Positions 11,480 to 24,312 of a DNA stretch of 64,000 nt are shown here, piece by piece. The stretch comes from Takakia lepidozioides (Eukaryota > Plantae > Bryophyta), in contig CM060734.1 in NCBI GenBank assembly GCA_030704615.1, positions 60,388,001 through 60,452,000 of the forward strand. The letters are read 5' to 3'. The translations under genes were made by a program, and so were the position numbers. The notes beneath the pieces are model-generated. The model was not told the DNA's origin, ran no database searches, and saw only the letters and a list, made by a program, of their open reading frames with translations. How positions within the stretch are numbered: the first letter of the stretch is position 1; every line of letters begins with the position of its first letter.

Positions 11480-13562
11480 TGCTTTGGATTCAAGGGTGAA
11501 GTCAGCCACAGCTGCGCCATGGTAAGCGGTAGCTGCAAGGTTGCATGAGTTGTCAGCTGGGCTAGCCATTGAGCGCAACATGGTGACTCCTGGAGTAGTC
11601 ATGGTGGACAATCAGGATGGAATTGGGTGGCCCAACCAGGAGGAGGTATAGGCCACTACGGGTCTTGTTGGATTCGGGAGCACAACCATTGATGTTGGAG
11701 AGAGCAACAATTGTAGGCTTGGGCCTTACAGAGGAAGATTTGGAGCCTTGCCCTTTCCTAATTCAGACGTCTTTAGGTGGTTCAGAGAAGGCGCAAGGGA
11801 TTACACGCCATGAGCTCTTCATTCGACTACAGCCAGATCATCCTATGGATGGCTCAGTCAAGAGAGCCAAAGCCATTGTTACGTTCCTTTATGTCATACG
11901 ATGTGCTTATTGGTGGGGTTGTGTTGTACCCCATGGGATTTACTCTGGATTTTTGGGAGCAAACGACATCCTATAGGCCGGAGTGGCAGTCAGGGGATGG
12001 CCGACTTGCACTACTCCCAGGGCGGTTTATTGGGAATGTAGCGGTGGATCATAGGAACATAATGCCCACATTGGCTGCATTCCCAGGTGTGGTGGCTTGG
12101 AGTGCTGAGCTCTTGGAAAGCAATAGCCATGCAGATGATAGGCCACCACCTGATGAGGACAAACAATTGGCATACAAGGTTGAGTTGTTTCCTCATATTC
12201 TTGTTCATAGCTCACTGTGGGGTACAGTTGGGGATTTGCAGCAATTGGCAAGCTAGTGTGTGCAACAAGCATGGTAGGAGGCCTTTCCATTGGTGGGTGA
12301 GGGGAGTTTGGTGACATCACCTGGACCTCCTCAGTTAGCTCCATTGGACACAGTGCCTATTATCTGGCAACAACCTGACTCGTGCATTTGTTTGCTAGAC
12401 CTGTTTGGAGGCATGAGCACTGGGCTTGCACGAGCGTTGCAAGCAAGAATCAAAGTACGCAAGTACTTGTATGTGGAGAAGGATGAGATTGCTCGGTGTG
12501 ATTCCATGCGCCATGTTGCCTTGCTCACATATCAATGTCTTGAGTTGTTGCCCCTCTTAGCAATTCAAGGGTACCAAAAGGCCTTGCCAGCAGACATTAC
12601 CATGCTGGGGGCGGAGGATTTGGATCAGCATGGTCCCATTGACTTGGTGATAGGAGGGTGGCCTTGCAAGGAACATTCTCCTGCAGGTCAAGGTAATGGT
12701 TTACATGATGCACGATCGCATCTGTTTTGGGAGATGTTGCGAGTGTTGTGTGACTTGCAGGTGAGGCAAGTGCAACCTCCAGCTTACATCCTAGAGAATG
12801 TTCCTCTCATGGGGGATTCTCGGGCTAGGGTTATGGCCAGTGTACATCAGATCCGATCATGGATTGGACCAGCTGTATTGTTGGATGCAGCTACAATGGG
12901 TTCATGGGCACATAGGCCTAGGTTGTGGTGGACCAATCTTGCACCACTAGGAGCAAGTGGAGGCTACACCACAATCAGGGTGGGCGGACAAGCCCCAAGA
13001 GGTTGCTATGTAGCAATCAAAGGATGCGTCTCCTACCTGTAAGCCTGGTGTACCCAAGGTTGCAGTCACTAAGGACAATTGGGAACCAGATGTTGGACCT
13101 ACAATTACCGGAGGAGAGAGACGGAGGATCCGGCGAATTTTAAGGGCTTATAGAAATTGCTTTGCCTTTGGTTTGAAGGATTTGGGGAGTTTGAAGGGCC
13201 AGGAGATTCGTATTGATTTGGCAAGTGATACGCCAAATTTTTAAAGGCCCTACAGATATAGTGACATGGAGAGGTCTTTGATCCAGTCATGGACTATGGA
13301 GTTGTTCGAAGCTAGATTGGTGGAGTTGTCAGGCGGGGAGTATGCCTTGGCAACGGTGATGCCAGCTAAGAAAGATATCTATGACAATTGGACAGAAAGA
13401 AGGATATGTGGGGACTATCATCCTGTGAACCGCTAGACTAAGTCCAATAGATATGTCATGCCAACTCCAGAGGAAATCTTTGATGCAATTGGGCATGCGA
13501 AGGTGTTTAGCACATTGGATTTACGATCGGGTTATCACCAGTTGCCAATCAAAGAGACTGAC
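11480..13562 (+). pseudogene. DNMT-Gypsy copy B: protease, DNMT motifs I-VIII (IX-X deleted), linker, RT N-terminal half
   Basis: LLDSGAQP; LLDLFGGMSTG; GPIDLVIGGWPCK; ENV; AHRPRLWWTNL; RT RPYRYS…RRICGDY…FSTLDLRSGYHQLPIKETD. Confidence 0.9.
13011..13019 (+). promoter_or_regulatory. Candidate readthrough signal TAG-CAA-TCA, in frame with RT
   Basis: gag gtt gct atg TAG CAA TCA aag gat gcg; the frame continues into …YRNCFAFGLKDLG… of RT. Confidence 0.65.
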
Positions 13563-14082
13563 TATCAGGGACAAGAAAATGACTGAACACAAGTAATAGA
13601 TCAGACTAGAGGTACAAGACTAGATAAGAAGTCAAGGTCGGCGTGGCCGAATGCATGATGAGTAAATAGGAATCAAGACGATCTTTATAACAATGAACAA
13701 GAGTACAAGATATTGGAACGCGAGTTGAATACTGGAATGCTGGAAACTGTACAGGATTACCAGATACTGGAAACAAGAGTAGCTTGAATTGTGTTGCCGA
13801 GATTGAAGAGTGTCCAGTCTCGCCTCCTATATATACTGGCTCCCTAAGAGGCTTCCCCAAATGAGGTTTCTTGATGGAGAAGTTTCCTCCAAATGAAGCT
13901 TCCTCAGCAGTTCCCAAGTTACTCTCGGTAATTGATAACTAATGATAACTTATGGTAAAATATGGTAGATCATGGTAGATTATAGTTGATCACGATAACT
14001 TTTGATAACATGGTAACTTGGTAACTTCTGGTATTTACTCCTGGTAAGTTCATCTGGGCTATGTCCGTGATATCACCCCCTC
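13563..14082 (-). mobile_element. Chromovirus 3' LTR (13563-14070) and PPT
   Basis: Minus-strand PPT AGGAGGGGGTGA abuts the LTR; a related LTR lies at 25338-25899; termini mutated (TA…TA). Confidence 0.75.
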
Positions 14083-14687
14083 CTCTAGCGCCAAGTTCCT
14101 TGAGGAGCGGTAAAATTTTGGATTTGCTTAGAGCTGGACTAAATCCAAAATCCGGCGAATGGTATTTGCCAAATATTTGGCTCTTCATTCTTGATTCAAA
14201 TGATTTATAGGTCTCTACAACCATCGATAGTATCCAACACCTTGAACTTGCGACCACACAGTGATTTGAGCATTCTGATTTTCGAAACTATCTTCAAACA
14301 TGATTTCGTTGCCCTCTGGGTCCGAAGCCTCAACCTCCAATAAAATTATCAAACTTCGAGTAGACTCCACTTGCCGTCGTAGGGGGTCCAGACGAGAAAG
14401 TACCCGTCGCATTGGTGGCACATCGTCTCGAGAGCATCAGCGTGATGTTGAAGGTCGTGAGAGTCGAAATGGCTGATCTGGTAGTTGGGTAAGCAGCAGC
14501 TCCAATGTGTCTGGTTCTTTTGACTCCATGCTGCCAATACAAGATGCAAGAGTGCTGGAAGTGTAGCTATATATATTGATGTGTGATGCTCCTTCATCCT
14601 TAGTGTGTATCAAATACACAGAATATGGAGTCTTCACCTTGAAGCTAATTTGGCTGACATCATTGTTGTGATATCTTATTGACGTAT

Positions 14688-14873
14688 AGCTCGGGGCTTA
14701 ACTAGATATCGTTGATGAAACTCTTGGACTTTGTCAGATGCATTGGCGAGGTTGGATGAAGATTCCCACGTTTGTTCGCTGATGTCGTAGCCTTTCCAAT
14801 GTACGAAATACTCAAGACGTTTATACTTGATGCGAGAGTCTAGGACTTTGTCGACTTCATACTCGATCTTCTG
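14688..14873 (-). pseudogene. Chromodomain from a chromovirus integrase C-terminus
   Basis: My translation: EYEVDKVLDSRIKYKRLEYFVHWKGYDISEQTWESSSNLANASDKVQEFHQRY (not in the ORF track). Confidence 0.88.
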
Positions 14874-15434
14874 ATTGCACTATAACAGATGTCGGCTTTT
14901 ACGTCTGCTATTTTCCAATCGTTTTATGACAGCATGACTGCCGAGTCAGATAAACCCAGTCAATTGTGACAAATGAATTGTAAGCGCCATAGAGTCGTAT
15001 CTGCTAGTCGTGGAGCTCACTGTTGATGTGGCAATGGGGACGCCTAATCACTCCATAGGGAATGGAGTGATTGCCTCGGAAAAACAATAGAATGTCACGG
15101 ACAAATAAGGCACATTCATGGAAAAGAAATGAAATTCAGGATGCACCAAGGACTTCAGAGAGAAAGTGGTGATTAAATAGGAACATGATAGTGAAATGGA
15201 CAAAGAAGCTGCATATCATGAAATGCCATGGAGTTTAGGATGCCACAATGGACTCCAAAGGCCATGCATTTCACAATTTTGGAACAAAATTGGGTAGGAT
15301 CAACAAACAAAAACAAACAGGGAGTAGGTCATGGACTTGCCCTTGATTAGGTCACCATAGGCGTAAGCGTTGTCCGTCGGTTCATATTCCCAATCTCCAC
15401 TTCCCTTCGTTGCATCATCACTAAGTGTTGACGG

Positions 15435-16059
15435 TCATTTCATGCCCACACTAGTCCACCAGTTTGTGTGGAGCTCTTGCCCACAATCTTTCTCCAAACA
15501 TGCACATGAAGCACAGAGAAATGCGCTAGTGCACACCATGAATGGTATGCATGAGCGCAAGACGGTCCAAACAATCCCAGACTGGCTTAAATCCCTTACC
15601 ACAAAAAGCACATTGAGAAATAGATAGAAATTCAGTACTTCTATGTTCTGCACTTTCAGCATGGAGGTTGGAGTGAGAAGAAGGTGTGAGTGAAGGCCTG
15701 AGTAGGCCATGATCCATAGCTTGTAGCTTTTTTGCGATAGCTGTCTTTTGCCTCTCACATGCTTTGTATCGATCGAAAGCTGTAGACCACCCATCTTCAT
15801 CGGCCTTAGCCTTCTCCAAGCACGATTTGTGCGTCGATTCCCTCCCCTCCATGGATTCCTTAAGGTGGTCAACAATGCCCAACCGGGAGTCTAGCTTACG
15901 CTGCAAAACTTCCAAACCCTCACGACATGACACCACATCTGCTGCTTCCGCACTATCAGTAGACAAAAACGCGCTCATCTTTCCGTTTTCTTGCTCAAGT
16001 TCTTTGCGCAATGTTTCAAATTTATCAGCAGGCTTGCAGACAGCTCTTGCTGTTGTCAC
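15435..16059 (-). pseudogene. Degenerate coiled-coil plus RING-like zinc finger ORF
   Basis: Across frameshifts: CAFC…SCAHAYHSWC…C…C…WW. Confidence 0.5.
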
Positions 16060-16274
16060 TAGCAGTAGCAGTCACTGATGTATAAGACCATAGTAAATGA
16101 CTGCAAATCCATGTGAGCTTTACGTGGAACGGAAGGGATATGCCACGTGTCACGTCAAAGGGAAGGCGACAAGGTCTTCACGATTGGCATATATGACTTC
16201 GGCGGATTAACCCCAGGACAACAGGTAGTGAATACCAGGCCCAGGAGACAGGAAACACAGACCTGAATAGCAAG

Positions 16275-19200
16275 GTGACCAGTTATAATGTGAAGCCGGA
16301 AGGGCGAGAAACAGTCATGGACTTTGATGATTCTATGCCAATAATCCAATTGAGAATTGGAAGCACAGAACTAACTGATGTACTGATAGATGGAGGTTCT
16401 GGAGTAGATAGCATGACAGACCAATTAATAAAGAAGCTTGGTGTAAGTAACATGAAACCAGCCCTATTTACAGTAACAATGGCAGATCAAAGAAGTGTAC
16501 AGCCATTGGGATTAATAAGAGGAGTTAAGATACAGATACAGAAGATGATCTTTATGATCACAGTAACTGTGTTGAAGATGGATGAAGTCATGGAGGCTTA
16601 CTCCTTATTATTGGGACGTCCGTGGCTGAAACAGGCCAGGGTATTCCATGACTGGAATTCTCAGTTACTAACCGTGCATAATGGGATACACGAGATACAA
16701 ATTACCACAAAGAAATCTAGTAGATTACCTGCTACGAAAAGACCTCGAGGAGTCAGAGAGTATGACTGGAGAGGAGGACTGGATGAGGAGCAGGAAGCTA
16801 CCCTATTTGCTGCACACCCAGAGTGGGAGCAGGTTGCAGAGATGCGGCTGGAAGGCCTAAGTTGTTTAAGAGGTATCTGCTGTGGTGTAGTGACAACAAC
16901 ACCAACTGAAGAGGAAACCAGCAGTTACCCATCACATTTCTATGAAGAAAGAAAAGGAGAAATAGAAATCCTAGAGGAACCAGCCACTGTGAGCTTACAG
17001 GATGAAGTGGTGACTGGTTCGACAATCACAGCTGATGAGCAGGTGAGGGAAGTGAATGTGGGAACTAAAGAGGAACCGAGGATGGTGAAAGTAGGAGCTG
17101 ATTTGGAGCCAGAATTCTTTGAAGAAGCTAAGAGCTTGTTCATCAAATACAGAGATGTATTTGCTTGGAGCTATGAGGATCTAAAAGGGATACCACCTGA
17201 AGTCTGTCAGCATAAGATTGAACTGGAACCAGGGTCAGTACCAATCAAGCAGGCGAGGTACAGAATGAATCCCAACTACGCACAGAAGGTTGGAGAAGAG
17301 ATCAAGAAGTTGGCTGAGGCTAAGTTTATATACCCAATAGAGTATACAACTTGGTTGTCACCCATTGTTATAGTTCCCAAGAAAAATGGTAAACTAAGAG
17401 TATGTGTGAACTACAAGAAGCTGAATGCTTGTACGAAGAAAGATCCTTTCCCTTTGCCATTCACAGAAGCAGTATTGGACACTGTGGCAGGCCATGAGAT
17501 GTACTCATTCATGGATGGTTTTAGTGGTTATAATCAAGTGCAAGTGGCAGAAGAAGATCAAGGAAAGACAGCTTTCATCACAGACTGGGGTGCTTATGCA
17601 TACAAAGTCATGCCCTTTGGACTTTGTAATGCACCAGCAACCTTTCAGAGAGTAATAAATGAATCTTTTCATGAGTATCTGGATGATTTCATGCAGGTGT
17701 TCTTGGATGATTTCAGTGTGTATAGCTCTAAGAATGAGCACTTGCATAAATTGGAGTTATGTCTTGCCTGATGCAGGATGAGAGGTCTGGGCCTGAATCC
17801 AGAGAAGTGTACTTTCTGTGTGAACTCAGGGGTGCTTCTGGGACACATTGTGTATAAGAAGGGACTTCTTGTGGATCCCAGGGAGACAGAGTCCATTAAA
17901 GCCTCTCCACCACCAGTGAATGTTAAGAGTTGAAGGAGATATCTTGGGCAAACCAGTTATTACAGAAGATTTGTCAAAAGGTATGCACAAATAGCAGCAC
18001 CATTGAGCAAGCTTCTGAAGAAAGATGCAGTGTTTGCCTGGACAGCTGAATGTCAGCAGGCGTTTGAGGAACTTACACTGTCAGTAACAACTACACCTGT
18101 GCTGATTAACCCTCACTGGCATGTAGTATTTCATGTTCACTGCGATGCATCAGGAGAAGCGTTGGGAGCGGTGTTAGCCCAGAATGTTACAGGAAATATA
18201 GATTCACCTGTGTACTATGCTAGCAGGTTGATGAACAATGCTGAAAGGAACTATAGCACAACTGAAAGAGAAGCACTGGCAATGATTTATGCAGTCAAGA
18301 AATTCAGGCATTACCTATTGGGAAGAAAGTTTATGTTTTATGTGGATCACCAGGCTCTGATATATCTGGTGAACAAACCTTTGATAAGTGGAAGGATAGC
18401 GAGGTGGTTAATAATCTTGCATGAGTTTGAGTTCGAAGTTATTTACGAGCCTGGCCGTTTGCATCTTGTGGCAGATCATTTGTCACGACTAACAACAGGA
18501 GAGACCGCCACAGGAGTGGACGATCAGTTACCTGATGCGAGTTTATTTGTAATGGAGGTACAAGGAAGTGCAGATGAATGGTTAGATTGGCAGTGGCCAA
18601 TCAGATACTACCTTACTCATGGTCAATGCCCACCTAGTTATGGTAAGGAGCAGAGGAAGAGAATCGCTATCAAAGCTTTACCTTATACTATGGTAAGAAG
18701 CAGAATGTATAAGCTAGGACCTGATGGAGTACTAAAACGATGCTTGTACCACCATGAAGTAAATAAAGTTTTGGAGGAAGTTCATAAAGGAGTGGCTAGA
18801 GGTCATTTTGGAGAAGAGACTACCAGTAGAAAGATACTACTCGCAGGTTACTGGTGGCCTACTTTATTCAAAGATGTACACAAGTATTGTCAAAGTTGTG
18901 ATGAATGTTAGAGGCTAGGACCTTTGCAGAGATCTGGAAGGATGGCCTTGCATCCTACAATGCCTACGGAACCATTTCAGAAATGGGGACTAGACTTTGT
19001 TGGACCAATTAACCCACCAGCCAAGAATACACGAAACAGGTACATAATTACAGCAACTGATTATACTACGAAGTGGGTGGAAGCTAAAGCTTTGAGGGAC
19101 AACACAGCCAAGTCCACAGCAAGGTTCCTGTATGAGAACATACTTACACGGTTTGGCTGTCCCCTGGAATTTATCAGTGATCAGGGAAGTCACTTCATCA

Positions 19201-19850
19201 ATGAGACCATAGAACTCTTGACTAATGAGTTCATGATTGTGCATAGGAAAAGTACAACCTATTACCCACAAGGTAATGGACAGGCAGAAGCTACCAACAA
19301 AATACTATGTACTATCTTGGCTAAGATAGTCAATGCAAACAGAACGGATTGGGATACAAAGTTGTTGACAGCTTTGTGGTCATACAGGACTTCATATAAA
19401 GTCACCACTAAGTATACACCATTCCAATTAGTTTATGGTATGGAAGCCTTACTTCCAGTGGAATTCATGTTACCTACCATGAGAACGGAATGGGGAAAGA
19501 GAATGGAATTGCAAGATTCCATTAAGGTCAGGAAACATGAATTATACCATGTGGAAGAAGTACGTGCTGATGCAGCTGATAATATGACCAGAATTCAGAT
19601 AAAGAGGAATGAACAATTTGATGAAGGCAAGTTAAAAACTTTTAAGACGGGAGATTTGGTTCTATGGTTGCAGAAGAAATAAAGCTTCTAAGCTTAATCA
19701 CCATGGAAAGGACCTTATGTCATACAAAAGATGTATGATAACAACACAGCCATGTTACAAACCATTAACAAAGAGATGCTGGGAAGAGTCAATGCTAATA
19801 AGTTGAAGGGATACAGTGGTATCCATGACAAACCATTGCAGCATGATTTG
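16275..19850 (+). pseudogene. pol (protease, RT, RNase H, integrase) with stops and frameshifts
   Basis: VLIDGGSG; MDGFSGYNQ; FLDDF; HCDASG; GHFG…CDEC; WGLDFVGP; SDQGSHF; PQGNGQAE; PWKGPY. Confidence 0.95.
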
Positions 19851-19956
19851 CATGTTGAAACGCAAGAGCAGTCACGGGCTGCGCCAGTGTTACCAACGGA
19901 GTATGGAGCACTTGTCGCTAGGCCGAGCATATATGACCAGGGCGGGCAGAACAAGC

Positions 19957-20190
19957 GTGACACAGCCTATCACAACCCATCACGACGTGACACAGCCTAT
20001 CACAGCCCATCACGACGTGACACAGCCTATCATAGCCCATCAAGGCGAAACACAGCCTATCACAGCCCAGCACGGCGCAACACAGCCTATCACAACCTAT
20101 CACAGCGTGTCACAGCCTATCACAGCTTACCACAGTGCATCACAGCCTATCACAGTGTACCACAGTATGACACAGCCTGTCACAGCTCAA
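19957..20190 (+). repeat. 30-bp tandem repeat (about 8 degenerating units) encoding RRDTAYHSPS
   Basis: Unit cgtgacacagcctatcacagcccatcacga. Confidence 0.9.
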
Positions 20191-20927
20191 CACAGCCTAC
20201 TAGGGTTACACGATCCATAGAATCAGTGACAGGTGGACGCACAATAACTTCAGGAAAATGGCCGACGGAAGAAAGGACGGAAACCAGTTTAAAAATAGAC
20301 ACGTGGAAGTCAGGGCGCGACACACAACTGAGAAGGAAGTGCAAGAACAGGTGTCATCAAGAAAGAGGACAAGAATGGCCGTCAAAGTACCTACTAAGCG
20401 CGTCAATTCGGATGAATGGCGGGCCCATTAATGAATACAGAAAAGGGGTAAAAGAACAAACGGCAAATACAGAAAAGCGAAATTCTCGTCACATGTGTAA
20501 TCCTAGTGGACAATCCAGCAGGGAAAGTCCACTAAAGAAAATTAAATCTAAAATCCAGTCACAGCGATTACAGCCAATCGAAAGCCAGAAAAGAGATCAA
20601 GAAATTGGAGGGAAATTAAGCGCAAGAAACGGCGTCGTTCTAAGTAACGGGCGTCTCGATGGGACAGACCATCAATGCTATAGTTTTGAAGCTATGGAGG
20701 AACTAACAGACTATACGTTCGCAATATTACTTACGCAGTGGCATAGACACGAAAGAACAGAACGGATCTTTTCTCTTGAGCGATGCTTGCAAGCCCCGCA
20801 GGCTTACAAGAAATTACCCATAGCTTTTTGTGGCAACCATACGTTTATGCTTTGTGCACTACAGACATTTCTTCAATTGTTACAGCCAAAACATTTCTGT
20901 GGGTCTAGAATAAAGAGAGTGAGAGGA

Positions 20928-23468
20928 ATGGAGGAAATCAGGGTGAAGAGCACCACCATTCTGCAGAAACAAACGATTGCTACCCCGAGGGCGATACAGA
21001 TACTGAAGGAGCTGAGATTGCAAGGATTGCAAAGCAAAGATTGGACATTGCACCATAGACAGTACATGTTACAATTCTTACAGAACTTTGAGCCAAGGAT
21101 AGGAGCAACAACGGTGAAGGGAGTTGAATTAGTAATTACTCCCCTATACCTACAGCAATTGTTTCAATTGCCAGCAGGTCAAGTGCATGTGGAGGGGCAC
21201 AGGGCAAGATTGCAAATAGGGGACTTATTCCATGAAGGGAGTTTCTTTAAAACTCAGGGTTATGCTTGTACCAAGGCCGTGTACCCAGGGCTAAGGGAGG
21301 TAGGCCAGGTATTGAACGTTCTGTTTGCCATGAAACAGAACCAACAGTATTTGAGCAGATCCTTCACAGAGGAAATACTCAAAGCCCTGAGAGGATAAGA
21401 GGTAGAATGGGCGGACATAATGTACAACGCACTGGTAGAGGAAATGAAAAGATTATAGGGTACTGCTGCAAAGTCTCCTATCATAGTGTCTGGCCCAATC
21501 ATTGCTCAAATAATTCTTGATTCTGGCATCCTTGATGCTCGAGAAAGAAAGGAGATGGGAGTGTTTGAGCCAGAAACCACTGCAATGGAAGAGCAAGGCT
21601 CTTCACACAGTGAGGGTGGACTGGCAGAGCAACCCGAGAATAAGAGACAGAGGTGGGGAAAGACTGTAGTGGCGGATCCACTGGCTTCACGGAATCCGCA
21701 TGATAATGTTTCCCAAGTTTTTGTGCAGGAAGGGGCACAGCAGCACAGAGAACTGCTATTACTAGAAGCAGGACCTTCAGAGAGGGAAGAGGAAGTTACT
21801 TCAGTATCACAGCCATCACAGCCAGATGATCGGCTTGACACAAGGTTACCACAAGTTGTCCATGCAGCTCAACCAGAAATAATTGATTTGGAAAAAGAAG
21901 GGTTAGATATTCCAACTACAGAACAGATAGTGGCAGAAATTGAGAAGGGGGACCTTCTCTATGAATATTCTGGTCTGGTCAAGGAGATAGAGATTCCAGA
22001 GGTGCAACAGTTGCCCACGGGAAATCCTGAGATGCATACAATACACACACCTGTGTCGGAGGTACCACAGGTAGAATGTCAAGACACTGCAGCACCGGTG
22101 ATGGATGAAGTGGTTCAGGAAGAAAATCTGGTGGGACAATGGCCTGAGTGGTTCGTGAGACATAACACTGTTGAGGATCAGGGAGAACAGCAGCAAGCTC
22201 ACCATGATGACCCTCAACAGGCAATGCTTATGAGTTCCATAGGCAGGACACTTAATTTGTTGGGGACTTATGTCAAATCCCATGTTCCAACTACCCAATT
22301 GACAGCCTTGAGAGAGGAACTCAGGAAGGAGTTTGAGGCTCGACTAGCCACTGAGTGTGCAAACAAGGTCGATGAAGAGGTCACTCTCAAGATGCAGCAA
22401 GACTTGGAGAATACAGAAGCGGCTTTGCAATTGGCCAAGGAACAATTGATTGAGGCAGGTCTCGCGCAAGACCAATTGCACGAAGCACATAAGCAACAGC
22501 TATACCAAATGCAGGTGAAGCATGAAAGCAAGTTGCAAGAAGTGAATGCATTACATACGGAGTTGCAAACAGTGCATGACAGGATGGCCATACAATGTGC
22601 TACATTAACAACTATGCTTGACCAATCTACAAAAGAAATAAACAGTCAGGCGGAAAAATGTATGAAGGCAGAAGAAGAGAATGTTGAGCAAATGAAACTC
22701 ATTGTCGATATGAAGAATACAATCTGTCGCAATGAGGATACTTTCAAGCAATACAGGCAGATTGAAGCTGATCAAGAGAGGCACATCCTGGAGTTGCAAC
22801 AAACAATCATGGCCAATAGAAATGAAATCTCGGTCACTAACAAGGCTGGGAAGGAAGCCAATAATCTACTTGCTGCCTCTGCGAATTTGGTTGAACCTCA
22901 TGCGAAGCGCATGGAGGCTTTACAACAGCAATTAGACGTGTACAAACTAAGAGAGGAGCACACTCTCAGAGGAACCACAAGCAACTTGGTGGATAACCAC
23001 CTTATGCAGGTCTGGTTAGCACAAGGGACAGTGGAGGGCAAAGCACCACGAAAGCTCACCCAAAGCGAGATGAATGAGCTCAGACTGCAAGTGCAGAACA
23101 TTGCCACAACTACTATAGACAATGTCTATAGTAGGATAGCGGAGTTACAGGAGGATGTAGACGGACTGCAGACTCAAGTGGAGGACCTCACTTCAAATAT
23201 CGACAAAAGAGTCTATATACCTGAGGAACAGCTAATGGCTTCGTATTTACATGCCAGAACTTTGGCTTTTCAGTCTTCTTCACAAGAGGTGCAGGAGATG
23301 CCAATGATACAGGAGCCAGTGCCACCAACACCACAACAAGTCACTGTGCCAGTACCTAACCTTGTTGTTACTACAACCACACCACAGCCACCACAGTCTG
23401 AGGTATGGGGCAATGCTGCTTTTAACCCACCTAAACTCCAGCTGCAAGGGAGTACAGTAGGGCTATGA
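20928..23468 (+). pseudogene. Accessory (env-position) ORF2, about 846 codons, with a long coiled coil and two in-frame stops
   Basis: ORFs 19731..21398 and 21486..23468 share a frame, bridged by TAA 21396 and TAG 21456. TVKGVELVITP…LFQLP resembles plant transposon accessory proteins. The start ATG is inferred. Confidence 0.7.
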
Positions 23469-24274
23469 TTATGCCCTTCAACCAAATTCCCATCATGTTG
23501 GATTTGGCTTGGAAAGAATTTAGTCCTCCGCAGTCATTGGCACATTACTACCAAATCATGCGCATTTGGCTACCAGTGGCAACTAGGACTAAAGTTCTTC
23601 CGAACAATCGACCAATTGAGGATCATCACTTTGCACAATACTGGCATGAGGCAGGTACAATGTTGAGGGAATTAATTGCCATCCAAGTTGTACATGGATT
23701 CATTTATACCAAGACCAAGGAGGTAGCAAGTATTGTCATGGGATGCGGGTTATACTACGCTGCTTGTTTTCTGGTACGTTATCACATTGAGCAACAAAAG
23801 ATGCAATCGCGCTTTCTGAGTTATTCCAGTGGGGATCATTGGGTCTTACCTTTAGTGCCACCTCGTATGTACCTATATGAGGCAAAAGTTATGATGCAAA
23901 AGGATTCTCAAATTCGTTCATGGTTTCATGCGGCCTGGAACAATTTGTCAACACAGAAATTCGGCATTGATGATATTTTCTATAAGGGACATGTGACATG
24001 GAAATACTTGCACAATTCACAAGTCGTTGGTACCCCACTCACCTGGACAGACAAGGAGCTCATTGTCTTCACCAATTTTGCCGTTCAGCGTTTACAACAA
24101 GTTTTAAAATATAAACTTCCAGACATGGTAGGACAGCATTGTATGCCCCAGAGGATTGTTCAATCATCTCCGTCAACCAGTGACAGACCTCGGGCTCGTA
24201 CACACAGTCCGCCACGAAACTCTCAACGTCAGAAAGGTGCTCACTCACAAAGGTTTGCTAATCGCAATCAGTAA
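23465..24274 (+). CDS. Accessory ORF3, 269 aa, unknown function
   Basis: Intact frame; ATGA overlap with the ORF2 stop; ends just before the PPT. Confidence 0.6.
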   Translation: MIMPFNQIPIMLDLAWKEFSPPQSLAHYYQIMRIWLPVATRTKVLPNNRPIEDHHFAQYWHEAGTMLRELIAIQVVHGFIYTKTKEVASIVMGCGLYYAACFLVRYHIEQQKMQSRFLSYSSGDHWVLPLVPPRMYLYEAKVMMQKDSQIRSWFHAAWNNLSTQKFGIDDIFYKGHVTWKYLHNSQVVGTPLTWTDKELIVFTNFAVQRLQQVLKYKLPDMVGQHCMPQRIVQSSPSTSDRPRARTHSPPRNSQRQKGAHSQRFANRNQ

Positions 24275-24312
24275 ACCGTGAGGACACGGCTTTTTGAGAG
24301 GGGAAGGGGTAA

